DNA of 64,000 nt from Octopus sinensis (GCF_006345805.1 NC_043006.1:48484001-48548000), one strand, 5' to 3'; counted from the first letter of the stretch, positions 1 to 12,761 are shown. The notes: a model not told the origin generated them from the letters alone. A program made the numbers and translations.

Positions 1-119
1 TGATCGCGCCTTGAAGCGTACATGTTGAGGAAATATACATTTTATTTTCATCTTCCACGCTTGAGTGATTTATTTAGCGCAGCGAAGATGAGTTACTTGT
101 TACTATATTCTTCACAGGT

Positions 120-226
120 CCGACTTTGCCTTTCATCCTTTCGGGGTCGATGTAATCGACTTTATCCCCTTGTCTGTCCTTGTTTGTCCCCTCTGTGTTT
201 AGCCCCTTGTGGGCAATAAAGAAATA
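120..226 (+). mobile_element. 5'-truncated tRNA-SINE family B copy with 16-bp TSD
   Basis: Contains the family core GACTTTGCCTTTCATCCTTTCGGGGTCGAT and tail-1 (..GCCCCTTGTGGGCAATAAAGAAATA). Flanked by TATATTCTTCACAGGT at 104-119 and 227-242. Confidence 0.85.
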
Positions 227-551
227 TATATTCTTCACAGGTTTTGAGGAAAAGTTTCTAAAGCAACCCTGACTGCTCCCTCTGGCAGTGAAACGCTTGT
301 AACTCTTAGATGCTTGCTGATGCCCTGATGACTAAGATTTATTTAATAAAGATTGGCATACTAGTATATTATTTGTTTGTCGCAAACCTTTTCGCCTATC
401 AAACTCATCTGCGCAAACTCATAAAATGTTGTGTAATTAATGTTGTACACATAGAAGAAATATCGAATAGTCGATTTGTTAAACTACAGTTACATGTGTT
501 CCAGCAAGACTAATTATTCTAAAATCAATATTCCGCACCAACCACCTATTT

Positions 552-740
<189 letters not shown>

Positions 741-1056
741 GCTGATCACAATAACGGCAAAAATTCAAAAGATTGTGCTCATGGGAACTGTTCATATCCT
801 ACATAAAATATTATGTAATCTCAAATTTTAAAACAAACTCATAATTTTCTTGTTTTGTTAAACATTTTCTCGAACAACACTATGTGCAAAACCCAATATA
901 TGACACCCGAGGCATAACACCAACATGAACTTCTAACTTGTTGTCTCTTGAGGTCTCTGGGTGGGACTTGAAACCAACTTGTATAAATACAAAGCAAAGT
1001 CAAACATATAATAATAATAATATAATAATAATAATAATAATAAAATAATAATAATA

Positions 1057-1126
<70 letters not shown>

Positions 1127-1145
1127 TAGGAAGAAGATGACAAAA

Positions 1146-1466
1146 TCATCTTGCTAATTTTCTGCTTTCATATGTGGGGGGAAACAGAATTTTCTCCCCC
1201 TCTAATGGTTGGCTCGCAAATTCTTGAACCTCTGCAGGGGTATCAAACAGCAACCACACCGTTGCGTATTTGATACCCCTTGCAATAAATTTAATAGTTG
1301 GCAGGTATTCTGCCAACTCCTTTTCTATTTCTGTCTGCAAGAACACAGCGATGGTGTCGAGGGACCTAGAATGCGTCCTCAGCACCACCGTTCTCGCATT
1401 AAAAAATTTCAACCACTGCTTGGGAGCCATAATTTGCCACTCCAATACAGTGTTTTTAGCTGCCAT
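1146..1466 (-). pseudogene. N-terminal fragment of a non-LTR retrotransposon ORF1-like protein (L1/Tx1-type, inferred), truncated next to an (AAT)n tract
   Basis: 106-aa non-low-complexity ORF from ATG 1466 (MAAKNTVLEW..RTVVLRT..IKFIARGIKYATVWLLFDTPAEVQEFASQPL..PPTYESRK). Alternating hydrophobic beta/alpha pattern is RRM-like. Preceded by ~600 bp of unique UTR-like sequence (1467-2055). Family assignment is from memory of similar ORF1s, not a search. Confidence 0.5.
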
Positions 1467-2104
1467 GATAACAAAACAGAGCAAATAAAAAAATGTTTAA
1501 GACAAATGTTCAAAAAAGTTTCAAATGAAAAGTCAATAAGCAACTCAAAAAAGAACGGAAAGATAGAGCAAAGAAGAAAGAACGAAGGAAGACAGTTCAA
1601 TGGCAACACAATTCCGCCACTTAGGTAGTCCACACAAATTTAGGTTCGCCGTCGCAGTACAAAAATTCCAATTTTGGTTTCTAACAGCTAAGTGAGACTT
1701 TAAACACAAAACACAGCAATTTTTATGGTCGTCCCGGTACTCCAGGACAAATGGTAACCCTCCTGGCCGAAATAGTCAAAAGTAACACAATTTGGACAAT
1801 TTGGGACACGCCTCCCAAAACAAACCTCTCACAACCAAGTGAGACCTTAAGCACGACCACTGGAGACAAATGCATGGAACCCAGTGGAGACCTCTTGTTC
1901 GACAAAAAATAAATAATACGAGCAACAGAACCCCACTAGGTCCCAAAAAATCAGACGTCTTACCTAGTAGTCGTGCTTCACTATTTCACGCCGGTGACAC
2001 ACACCAACGTGACTTTTACCGCGAGAAAAAAAAACGGGTCCTCTCTGTACTGAAGTAAGCAAGCTACTTACCACACACCCATTCTAATACATATATATGT
2101 TTGA

Positions 2105-2586
2105 GGCGGCGAGCTAGCAGAAACGTTAGCACGCCGGGCGAAATGCTTAGCGGCATTTCATCTGCCGCTACATTCCGAGTTCAAATTCCGACGAGATCGA
2201 CTTTGCCTTTCATCCTTTCGGAGTCGATAAATTAAGTACCAGTTACGCACTGGGGTCGATGTAATCGACTTAGTACCTATGTCTGTCCTTGTTTGTCCCC
2301 TCTGTGTTTAGCCCCGTGTGGGTAATAAAGAAATAGGTATTTCGTCTGCCGCTACGTTCTGAGTTCAAATTCCGCCGAGATCGACTTTGCTTTTCATCCT
2401 TTCGGGGTCGATTAAATAAGTACCAGTTATGCACTGGGGTCGATATAATTGACTTAATCCGTTTGTCTGTCCTTGTTTGTCCTCTCTGTGTTTCGCCCCT
2501 TGTGGGTAGTAAAGAAGCAGGTATTTACTCTGTCTTTACGTTCTGAGTTCAATTCTGCCAATGTCGACTTTGCCTTTCATCCTTAT
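2105..2586 (+). mobile_element. tRNA-SINE family B, head-to-tail trimer
   Basis: Head GGCGGCGAGCTAGCAGAAACGTTAGCAC with B-box GAGTTCAAATTCC, then core and tail-1. Two further headless units follow, joined at AAGAAATAGGTATTT-type junctions (~2335, ~2520). Confidence 0.9.
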
Positions 2587-3408
2587 ATATATATATATAT
2601 GTTAAATGCAGAGCTATAAAGTGAACGCCAAGCTGGCATAAGTATTGGCAGTGATATGGTCCACTACAAGTCTAATAGCAGAGCCAGCAGTATCCCGATA
2701 GGCCTATAACCTAATGACTGAAACCAGTAAAAGAAAGAAAGAAACGAAAATGTATTGATGATTAGAGTCATTGAACATTCGATCTTTGTTGCCTTGTTAC
2801 AAGCTCAGCACATTTTTTTTTCATCTGCTTTGTATCACGTGACTGTTCTATACAGTCACATGTATGAACTGTACTCACTCACTGTATCTATTTCCAGTCA
2901 GTGTAGAGAACTGGCGAGCTGCCATACATTGATTGAGTTATTGCCAGTGTCATGCCTCACAACCATTCCACCATCCATACCGTGTGTACGTTTGTCGGTT
3001 GTGTTGTATCCAGGTTTCATCTGGTGCAGACAAATGCGCTGCTTAACCGTATGGGAATCCAACAGCACGCAACAACACCACAGCTATTGCACTCACATGC
3101 TCTGAATAGCATTTAAGCCAGTACATACACACACATACACACAGACACACAGACACAAACACACACACACATGCACTGAAATACGTACACACACATATGA
3201 ACAAATATATTTGTAAATATACTATACAAGGTTGCACATATATGTATATATTCCCTTACATATACTTACACACATATTGTGTATATGAGCATATACTTAC
3301 GCACACTCATGTATATATATATACATATACGTGTGTGTGTGCGCATGTCTGTATGCGTAGGTGTGTGTGTGTTCATACGCATGCATATATACATACATGC
3401 ATCTGTAT

Positions 3409-3450
<42 letters not shown>

Positions 3451-3911
3451 TATGGACTCTCTCTTCAAAGACAACGTATGAGTGTTCAGCTTTTGCCGAG
3501 CAACCTGCACAAGCGATTTGTTTATAATGATCAAATATTCGTACTGTACATCAAATCGGCGTTACCTGAATAGGTGCACGGGGAACTGCACGTCAGGTGT
3601 CGAAGTTATCGTAGAGCAACGTGAGATGAAGTTACTTTGCATGCTTCTCAACACTACAGTTGTGGTTTTACTAATTCTTGTCTTTACTGTCGACTATAAG
3701 TTGCTATATAGTGACCTGATAAATCTTCCTACATTTTGTACTAAATTGATTTGAAATTTCTTCAAACGTAGTACGTTTTTGATATGTGGGTTAATTCTCG
3801 AGTGAATGAGTGGCATCATTGATCATCAACTCTGCGTAAAAGTGTTGGTTATACGGCGAATGTTCCAATTTAGTATTTTCTTTCTCTTTCCATACGTGCG
3901 CTCGTTCAGAT

Positions 3912-4290
3912 GGTGAAAGCACTCCGTCGGTTACGACGATGAGGGTTCCGGTTGATCCGATCAACGGAACAGCCTGCTCGTGAAATTAACGTGTAAGTGG
4001 CTGAGCCCTCCACAGACACGTGTACCCTTAACGTAGTTCTCGGGGATATTCAGCGTGACACAGAGAGTGACAAGGCCGGCCCTTTGAAATACAGGTACAA
4101 CAGAAACAGGAAGTAAGAGTGAGAGAAAGTTGTGGCGATAGAGTACAGCAGGGATCACCACCATCCCTGCCGGAGCCTCGTGGAGCTTTAGGTGTTTTCG
4201 CTCAATAAACACTCACAACGCCTGGTCTGGGAATCGAAACCGCGATCTTACGACCGCGAGTCCGCTGCCCTAACCACTGGACCATTGCGC
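3912..4290 (-). mobile_element. Young full-length tRNA-SINE family C (OR1-like, name inferred)
   Basis: tRNA head on minus (GAGGCGCAATGGTCCAGTGGTTAGGGCAGCGGACTC..GGTTTCGATTCCC). TSD CTCGTTCAGAT at 3901-3911 and 4291-4301. Near-identical copy at 38519-38904. Confidence 0.92.
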
Positions 4291-4351
4291 CTCGTTCAGA
4301 TATACATACATAATTGCGTGACTTAATAAGCGCGTGGCAGATATTCATACA

Positions 4352-4500
4352 GTAAGCGTGTAGCTTAGTGGCCAGGGCATTCGGCTCACGATCGTAAGGT
4401 CGTGAGGACGATACCCGCCCGTGCGTTGGGTCCTTGAGTAACTCATTTTATTTTACACTGCTCCATACACTCAACTGGCTTATATGAATAACACTTGACA
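4352..4500 (+). mobile_element. Decayed V-SINE-like tRNA-SINE
   Basis: TAGCTTAGTGG A-box, GATCGTAAGGTCGTG, GTCCTTGAGTAA..TTTCAC-like body homologous to 18791-19049. Confidence 0.6.
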
Positions 4501-4631
4501 GAAACTCTCATACATACGCTTGGTGCATAAAAGAGCACTCATAGATTGTAGCAGAGTATATGATAGGTTCTCTCAAGGCTAACGATGTAGTACTCCGTTC
4601 TAACAAGACATCCATTTTAAGTTGGAAATAA

Positions 4632-4667
<36 letters not shown>

Positions 4668-4767
4668 GATTATTAGCTAACCATTACACATGGTCATTCA
4701 TGAATACACTATTGGAAATGAAACCGGTGGGAAAGTATGCAATTTGAAATATTTATTTATATATTTT

Positions 4768-5050
4768 GTGGAGGCATATGGCCTAGTGGTTAGAGCAGCG
4801 GACTCGAGGTCGAGAGATCGCGGATTCGAATCTCAGACCGGGCGATGTGTGTGTTTATGAGCGAAACACCTCAGCTTCATGCGGCTCCGGCAGAAGGTAA
4901 TGGCGAACTTCTGCTGACTCTTTCGCCACAACTTTCTCTCACTCTTTCCTCCAGCATCTTGTGTCCTGTCCAGGTGGGGAACCTATACGCCAAGGAAACC
5001 GGGAAACTGGCCATACTGAGTCGGGCGTGATTTGAGAAGAAACAAACAAA
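4768..5050 (+). mobile_element. Chimeric tRNA-SINE: family C head/body plus V-SINE-like 3' tail
   Basis: First ~185 nt align to the reverse complement of 3912-4290. The 3' part GTCCTGTCCAGGTGGGGAAC..GAAACCGGGAAACTGGCC aligns to the tail of 18791-19049. Possible TSD TATATTTT (4760-4767, 5054-5061). Confidence 0.8.
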
Positions 5051-6174
5051 TTCTATATTTTGGTAATTGTGTATTTTGGATTGTTTAATAATGTATTTTG
5101 AAACGATTTGAATATAAAAATATAATTTTGTGGACAGAATCTTGAAATGATTTGATTGCACATATTTGTTTTGGTTACGATATTTTGGAACATGAAATAT
5201 ATATCTCTGATAGCGATAATCTGTTTTTCAATACATATTCTTGTATTTCGAAATCATTTGATTGTCGTAGTATACTCTGGAATTAATTAACTGGAATTTA
5301 AAATGAATAGCGCATTTTCATGTTTTCATTATTATTTTTCGATATCTCCTGAGTTGTGCGGAATACTTTTAGCACACACACACGCACACTCACTCTTTCA
5401 CTCTCTCTCTTCCTCCCCATTTCCCTTCTTTCCTCCCCCTCACACACTCTCTTTCTCTCTTTCTCTCTCTCAAAATACATATACATATTCATACATATAC
5501 GTATATATATATATATATGTGTGTGTTTTTGTACATATACACACTAGAAGTATAGAGGACAAGAGGAAGATTATGATGTAGCATACACAAGTGTGTATAT
5601 ATATACATGTGTGTGTGTGTGTATGTGTGTAATTGAATGCGTGCCTTTGTGTGTGTGTAAGTGTGTAAGTGTGTGTGGTTTACTATCATTTAACGGTTAA
5701 GAACTGTAATATAAACCATGGTAAGCGTTGCGCCATTCTAAACACTAATTTGTAATCATAAAAGAATATGTCCAATAATGAGTTACAAACTGAGTTTTCA
5801 TTCTCTTCAAACTCAAATTAAGCATAAATATTTATTTGCTTTTAAATGAACATTAAAGCCTTTCCCGTGGGAGTTGAATGCTTTATAACGCTTGTATTAA
5901 AAATCTGAGGTGATAATTTATTATATATTTATATTCTTGCCGATAATTCTTACCGAAAACATGTGAAGATATGCCTTGATGTAATACACATTAATGGTAG
6001 CAGCCGGCTCTGCGAACGACAACTGGATAACAATATATTTGTGCAAAAGGACATAATTTTCATGACTGAAAAATCCATCGAATTCGAGGTAAATTGTACA
6101 GATCTGGTCAAACGCTTAAATACGAAGATGAACTTTAATATATTTCTAAACAAGTTTTCATGAAGATTATAACT

Positions 6175-6600
6175 CTCTCTTTTACTCTTTACTCTTTTAC
6201 TTGTTTCAGTAATTTGACTGCGGCTATGCTGGTGCCACCGTCTTTAATCGAGCAAATCGACCCCAGGAATTATTCTTTGTAAGCCTAGTACTTATTCTAT
6301 CGGTCTCTTTTGCCGAACCGCTAAGTTACGGGGATGTAAACACACCAGCATCGGTTGTCAAGCGATGCTGGGGCTGGGGGACAAACACAGACACACAAAC
6401 ACACACATATATATATATATATATATACATATATACGACGGGCTTCTTTCAGTTTCCGTCTACCAAATCCACTCACAGGGCTTTGTTCGGCCCGAGGCTA
6501 TGGTAGAAGACACTTGCCCAAGGTGCCATGCAGTGGGACTGAACCCGGAACCATGTGGTTTGTAAGCAAGCTACTTACCACACAGCCACTCCTGCGCCTA
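6175..6600 (-). mobile_element. CORE-type tRNA-SINE family A (OR2-like), full length
   Basis: Head GGCGCAGGAGTGGCTGTGTGGTAAG, B-box GGTTCAGTCCC and CORE-like GCACCTTGGGCAAGTGTCTT. Internal (TA)/(TG) tract; tail ..GCAGTCAAATTACTGAAACAAGTAAAAGAG(TAAAAGAG)n. Confidence 0.93.
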
Positions 6601-6992
6601 CAGTTATAACTTCTGCATTTTCAGCAAGTAATAAAGTCAAATAAATCTATATTAAGCAATATGAAACAATTTGTCTTTTATTTAATATTTCGGATTTTGT
6701 AAGCTTTTTGGGGGTTTTTTTTTAGATATAATTTGAATGAGAAATGTCGATAGTGGGCTGTGGGTTTTGAGCAAAAGACCGTGTTCAAAATGAACAGTGA
6801 AATTTATATTTTTATTGAAATAGATTAAAATTTGGATATTCAAAATTTTACTGTCATACAAACATATATGTAGACCCACTTATATGTATGTACGTTTATG
6901 TACGTGCATATGTATGTAAGTATGTAAGTATGTATTTATACATCTATGTACAAAATATACATATGTATGTAAGAATATATTATATATATATA

Positions 6993-7061
<69 letters not shown>

Positions 7062-7352
7062 ATTATACATACGCACACATACATATCTATCTCTCTTTCT
7101 CTTTATCTATGTCTTTCTCTCCCTATCTCCTCTCTATCTATCTTTCTATATGTAGCTATTTAGCTATGATATATATATATATATATAGATATATATATAT
7201 ATTATATATATATATATATATATAGCTAGCTAGCTATCTTTACCTATCTCTATCTCTATCTCTCTAAATCTCTCCCCTCTCTCTCTATATATATATGAAT
7301 ATCCATGTATCTATCTCTCTTTCTTTCTCTCTCCCTCTCTCTTACTATCTAT

Positions 7353-7383
<31 letters not shown>

Positions 7384-7385
7384 CA

Positions 7386-7423
<38 letters not shown>

Positions 7424-7637
7424 ACACACTCTTGTTTATGCATGTGTATTCGTTGCGTGTTTAAATATATAATTATTCTGTGTTTTTGGCAATTTCACAC
7501 ATTACAGTAACAAAAATTATAAGCAAAACAGTTGAACGAATGAGTACAAGAAGAAAAAGAAACAGAAGGAAGAAAAACGAATGAGAGAATATGATAAAGG
7601 GGTGGGATATCTGTGCGAAAGTTAAGGTTTCTTGCGA

Positions 7638-8150
7638 TGGTGGTGGTGGTGGTGGTGGTGGTGGTGGTGGTTTTGGGGGATGTTGGTGCTGGTGTACTTA
7701 GGTGTGAGAGCTAATGAGCCGTACAAGTGTTACATATGTCAGAAGATAGCCTATAGGTAAAGGTAGACAAGACGGCCAACATATGGCCAATTAGTAAAGT
7801 TCCGGTGTGGTGGTGGCGGCAGTGCTGGTGTGGCGGTGCTGGTGGCGGTGCTGGTGGCGGCAGCGGCAGGGTTTGATGAAGGTGGAGGAAGTAAAAGAAA
7901 TTGGATGCGGGGGAGGAGAAAGATAATAGACGTGGAGGTAGTGGCAATGGTGGTGGTGGTGGTAGTGGTGGTGGTGGCGGCGGCGGCGACGGCGGCGACG
8001 GTGGCGGTGATGATGGTAGCGGTGGTGATGATAGCGGTGGTGGTGGTGGTGGTGGTGGTGGTGGTGGTGGTGGTGGTGGTGGTGGTGGTGGTGACGGTTG
8101 TCATGGCAACGGATGTAGCTATGCTGAGTATGGTGGATGTAATGATGTAG
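7638..8150. repeat. Compound (GGT)n/(GGC)n/(GAT)n G-rich triplet region
   Basis: Read directly; source of poly-G/V/T ORFs. Confidence 0.92.
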
Positions 8151-8496
8151 CTCTTGTTCCTCTTGTTGTTATTATACTTGTTATTATTGGTGTTGGTGAT
8201 CACACCGTTGTCACTCCTGTTCGAAAAGATCTAAGATCGAACGCGTTCCCATCGTAACCATGCAGTACACTTTCAGACACAATAATGCAAAACGGACAAT
8301 TTATTTTTCTTTTATTTTTATTTATTATTTAAAATTTTTTTTTACTGAGTTCTTTAATAATAATACTCTACAGCTTTTGTTCGAGTTGTATCGTACAGTC
8401 TTCAACATGACTTAAGAAAAATTTGGCTGCTATTTCTTGCAGTCGAGCACCACACACAGATTCCTTCATTGCCTTGCAATATGTTGTTAGAGATAC

Positions 8497-8734
8497 GGCG
8501 GCGAGCTGGCAAAAACGTTAGCACGCCGGGCGAAATGCGAAGCCGTATTTCGTCTGCCGTTACGTTCTGAGTTCAAATTCCGCGAGGTCGACTTTGCCTT
8601 TCATCCTTTCGGGGTCGATTAAATATGTACCAGTTACGCACTGGGGTCGATATAATCGACTTAATCCGTTTGTCTGTCCTTATTTGTCCTCTCTGTGTTT
8701 AGCCCCTTGTGGGTAGTAAAGAAATAGGTATTTC
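8497..8734 (+). mobile_element. tRNA-SINE family B monomer with tail-1 and the start of the dimer junction
   Basis: Head, core, tail-1, then AAGAAATAGGTATTTC. A second copy with tail-2 lies on minus at ~8855-9058. Confidence 0.9.
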
Positions 8735-9069
8735 ATTAGCATATAATGTTGTAGTCGTTGATAATCAGAAGTTACAGGGTGACTCAAGGGCCGAGAGTTT
8801 TGTCCGTTGGCACTTATTAAACTAATCCGGCGATTATTGATAATCCTTTCTACTAAAGGCACAATTCCGGAAATTTGGCAGGAGAGGACTAGTCAGGTAT
8901 ATCGACCCACCCCAATGTTTCATAAGTACTTAATTTATCTTTCCCTCGATAGGATGAAAGGCAAGGTCGACCTCGACAGAATTTGAACTTGGAACCTGAA
9001 GACGGATGAAAAGCAGTTAAGCATTTTGTCCGGCCTGCTAACGATTCTGCCAGCTCGACGTCATATTTT

Positions 9070-9070
<1 letters not shown>

Positions 9071-9125
<55 letters not shown>

Positions 9126-9216
9126 TGATGATGATGATAATAATAATAATAATAATAATAAAACAATAATGAAATAATAATAATAAGCATACACATACAT
9201 ACATATACATATGTGT

Positions 9217-9265
<49 letters not shown>

Positions 9266-9625
9266 GTGTGTGTTGGTTGTGTACCTACGACCATTTGTGT
9301 CCGACGAGTGTCCCAATACAGCTAGGTGTTTTATAGATGCGAAAACAATGGCTACTCTCTGACCGGCCATAACTATCAACTTGCCAACATATATATATAT
9401 ATCTATATAAATTTATATAAATAAAGATAAGATCGTTATTTACATACCAATGTTGTCAGGAGGCCAGCATGGGAATAAAAACCTTCAAAGGTAATAATTA
9501 TTATTAAAATTATAATTTAGGGGATCTAATATATACAATACGCTGGAAATAGCTGCCAAAACTTGACTCTAAAACCGAACATTACTGTGGTTTTAGACTC
9601 ACCTTTTGGCTGCTGTTTACCCTAA

Positions 9626-9706
<81 letters not shown>

Positions 9707-9801
9707 TGATGATAATAATAATAATAATAATAATAAAACAATAATGAAATAATAATAATAAGCATACACATACATACATATACATATGTGTGTGTGAGTG
9801 T

Positions 9802-9860
<59 letters not shown>

Positions 9861-9956
9861 GTGTGGTGTTGGTTGTGTACCTACGACCATTTGTGTCCGA
9901 CGAGTGTCCCAATACAGCTAGGTGTTTTATAGATGCGAAAACAATGGCTACTCTCT
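9071..9956. repeat. Local direct duplication A: 9071-9360 and 9627-9956
   Basis: Same (AAT)n-GAT-(AAT)n-..(GT)n structure, followed by an identical unique ~75 bp GTTGGTTGTGTACCTACGACC..GGCTACTCTCT. Confidence 0.92.
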
Positions 9957-11228
9957 CACTGTTATATATTTATTTTTCCACTGTTATATTATATTTTTAT
10001 GTTTATATGTTTGTACTGTCGTTACCGTTTGCTTTTTTTTTTACCCCTCTGCGAAAAGATCTCAGAATTTTAATTGATTTGCTTTTCGCGGGAAGGAAGG
10101 TTTTCTTCGAAGTATACGTCTCGCTTTTATCCTTCGAAACGTTTAGTAGATGAAACCTTAGCGACTGAAGAAGGGGATTTTTCGTTGTGCTTATTGTCCT
10201 GTATCTCTCTTTTTTTTGCTTGTCTTGTTCCTTGGTTGTGTCTATGTGTTTCGTCTCTCTATGTGTTCGACGTCTTTTTGGTGTCCTGTACACATATATG
10301 CGTGTATATGTACATGTAGAGGTAGGTACGTACATATATGTTTATATATATGCATATGTTCTATTTTATAACATATTATACGACTAAACGCACGCACCCT
10401 ATTAAGTAAGATTGTTCTGTTTATCAAGTTAGCCTTGATATTAACTCTCACGCGACTCTGCATCTTTCTTTCTTTCTTCCCATTCCTTTTCGTTTTTTTT
10501 CCCTCACTAACTTGTCTCTTCCTCTCTCTCTCATTCTTCATTCTCTCTCTCCTTTCACCATTCTTCATGGTCTCCTCGCACCATTCCCCTTCTTCTCTCT
10601 CTTCCTCTTGCTCCTCCTCCCCCATTCCCGTCGTCCATCTGCGACGATACTTCCGTCGTAACTGCTATTCCTGTCTTTTCTCGCCCGCCTTGTAAGGCTA
10701 CTGGTCGACACATTTCTCTCTCTCGTCGTCCACGATAATCCAGCGTTTGCAATACTTTTTTCGTCTGGCGTTAACAGCCCTTCTTATCTTGTTCTCCTTG
10801 TCCTGTCTCTCACTGTTATATATTTATTTTTTCACTGTTTATATATATATTTTTTACTGTTTATATGTTTGTACTGTCGTTACCGTCTTGCTTTTTTTTT
10901 TACCCCTCTGCGAAAAGATCTCAGAATTTTAATTGATTTGCTTTTCGCGGGAAGGAAGTTTTCTTCGAAGTATACGTCTCGCTTTTATCCTTCGAAACGT
11001 TTAGTAGATGAACCTTAGCGACTGAAGAAGGGGATTTTTCGTTGTGCTTATTGTCCTGTATCTCCTTTTTTTTGCTTGTCTTGTTCCTTGGTTTGTGTCT
11101 ATGTGTTTCGTCTCTCTATGTGTCGACGTCTTTTTGGTGTCCTGTACACATATATGCGTTGTATATGTACATGTAGAGGTAGGTACGTACATATATGTTT
11201 ATATATATGCATATGTTCTATTTTATTA

Positions 11229-11232
<4 letters not shown>
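9953..11232 (+). repeat. Local direct duplication C: 9953-10375 and 10806-11232, a Penelope-like 3'-end sequence
   Basis: ~420 bp near-identical copies. Each has CGAAACGTT followed ~25 nt later by CTGAAGAAGGGG and a GTCCTGTAC..ATATATGC tail, homologous to 13427-13760(-). Confidence 0.85.
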
Positions 11233-11282
<50 letters not shown>

Positions 11283-11284
11283 AT

Positions 11285-11336
<52 letters not shown>

Positions 11337-11922
11337 TGTGAGAGATTGCGCGAGATAGATAGATAGATAGATAGATATAGATCCATACAACCATTCATAC
11401 ACACATACACGCATACGTTGTGAATGTGTGATACGGGTATACCTATGTGTAATTCTATAGCTATCTCATAACTCAAATAATGTTTAAACATGTTTTATTC
11501 TCCAGAACCTGACCGCTACATATGTATGCGGTACACAAAAATACACTCGTATAATCATACATATTTATATATGTATATATGTATATATATATAATATATA
11601 TATATATAATATATATATATATATATTATATATATATATATATATATAATATCTATATGTACCTACCAACATATTTTGATACATACATATATGAACAAGA
11701 CCTATCTTGTTGATGTTGTCTAAATTTCCAGTGAGGGAGCCTTGTTTTAGGGATGGAGACTGGCGCTTTCTCCATTGGAGAGATATTTGAAAAATACTAG
11801 AACATATAAATACCTCCATACTTATATACATATCTATGTCAGTGTAAACGTATATATACTTATGTACGCGACTGTACGTCTACGTATCACGTATGTATAA
11901 TATATATATATATATATTATAC

Positions 11923-11958
<36 letters not shown>

Positions 11959-12339
11959 ATATATAGGTGTAAATACGTGTGAAATGGAGAGAACGTAAAG
12001 ATGTTAAGCAAGAAATAAGAAGTGTTCTGTGGTGAATGATCTAAGAAGTTGAAAGTTAAAGAAGCTATATTCTTCGGAGCGGCTGGTTGGCAATATAAGA
12101 AATTAGCGAAAGCGTTGGGGGTAAGGTAGAACAGTGGGGAGGCACAGTTAGGCTAGGTAGGTAGATAGGTGGGTACGTAGGTAAGACGAGAGTGCAGTAG
12201 AGGGTGAATGTGAGGGGTAGATAGTTAATGGCGCCGTTTGGACTGTGCGCACACTATTTATATGGCGGATTAACGTAGTAAAAAAACGAAATCTGTTAAA
12301 ACAAGGAACTGAACACCCGAGGGGTGTGAGACGGCGGTA

Positions 12340-12380
12340 AATGCTGTTGTTTTTGTTGCTGTTGGTTGAGGTAGCATTGG

Positions 12381-12411
<31 letters not shown>

Positions 12412-12729
12412 GGGGACGGTGTTGGTGTTGTTGGTGGTGGTGATAGCGGTGATAGTTGTCGTCGTCGTAATGTTTGTGATGATGATGGTGATGGTGGTGA
12501 TGGTTGTGGTGATGGTGATGGTGGTGTTGGTGATGGTGGTGATGGCGGTGGTTATGATGGTGGTGGTGGTGGTGGTGGTGCTAGTGATGGTAGTGACCGT
12601 GATTGGCTTAGGTAATTCACGACAGCGTTGGAAGAAATTGTGATGGGCACAATCGAATGACTGTGCAGCCGCCATGTTAGTGATGACGGCGTACAGATAC
12701 AGTTGTTGTTGTTGTCCTTGTTGTTGTCC

Positions 12730-12761
<32 letters not shown>

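Noticed and set aside
2105-2586. Regularly recurring repeats resembling a CRISPR array or prokaryotic system
   Set aside because: The units are SINE multimers without unique spacers; eukaryotic context and no cas genes.
2834-2860. 8-bp hairpin GTGACTGT-TCTAT-ACAGTCAC
   Set aside because: Too short for a pre-miRNA; expected by chance in 64 kb.
3961-4212. 83-aa ORF with a homologous ORF at 38569-38821
   Set aside because: Lies inside SINE family C; the similarity reflects repeat copies.
7751-8257. 118-150 aa Gly/Thr/Val-rich ORFs
   Set aside because: Compound GGT/GGC repeats open in several frames on both strands, with no splice or composition support.
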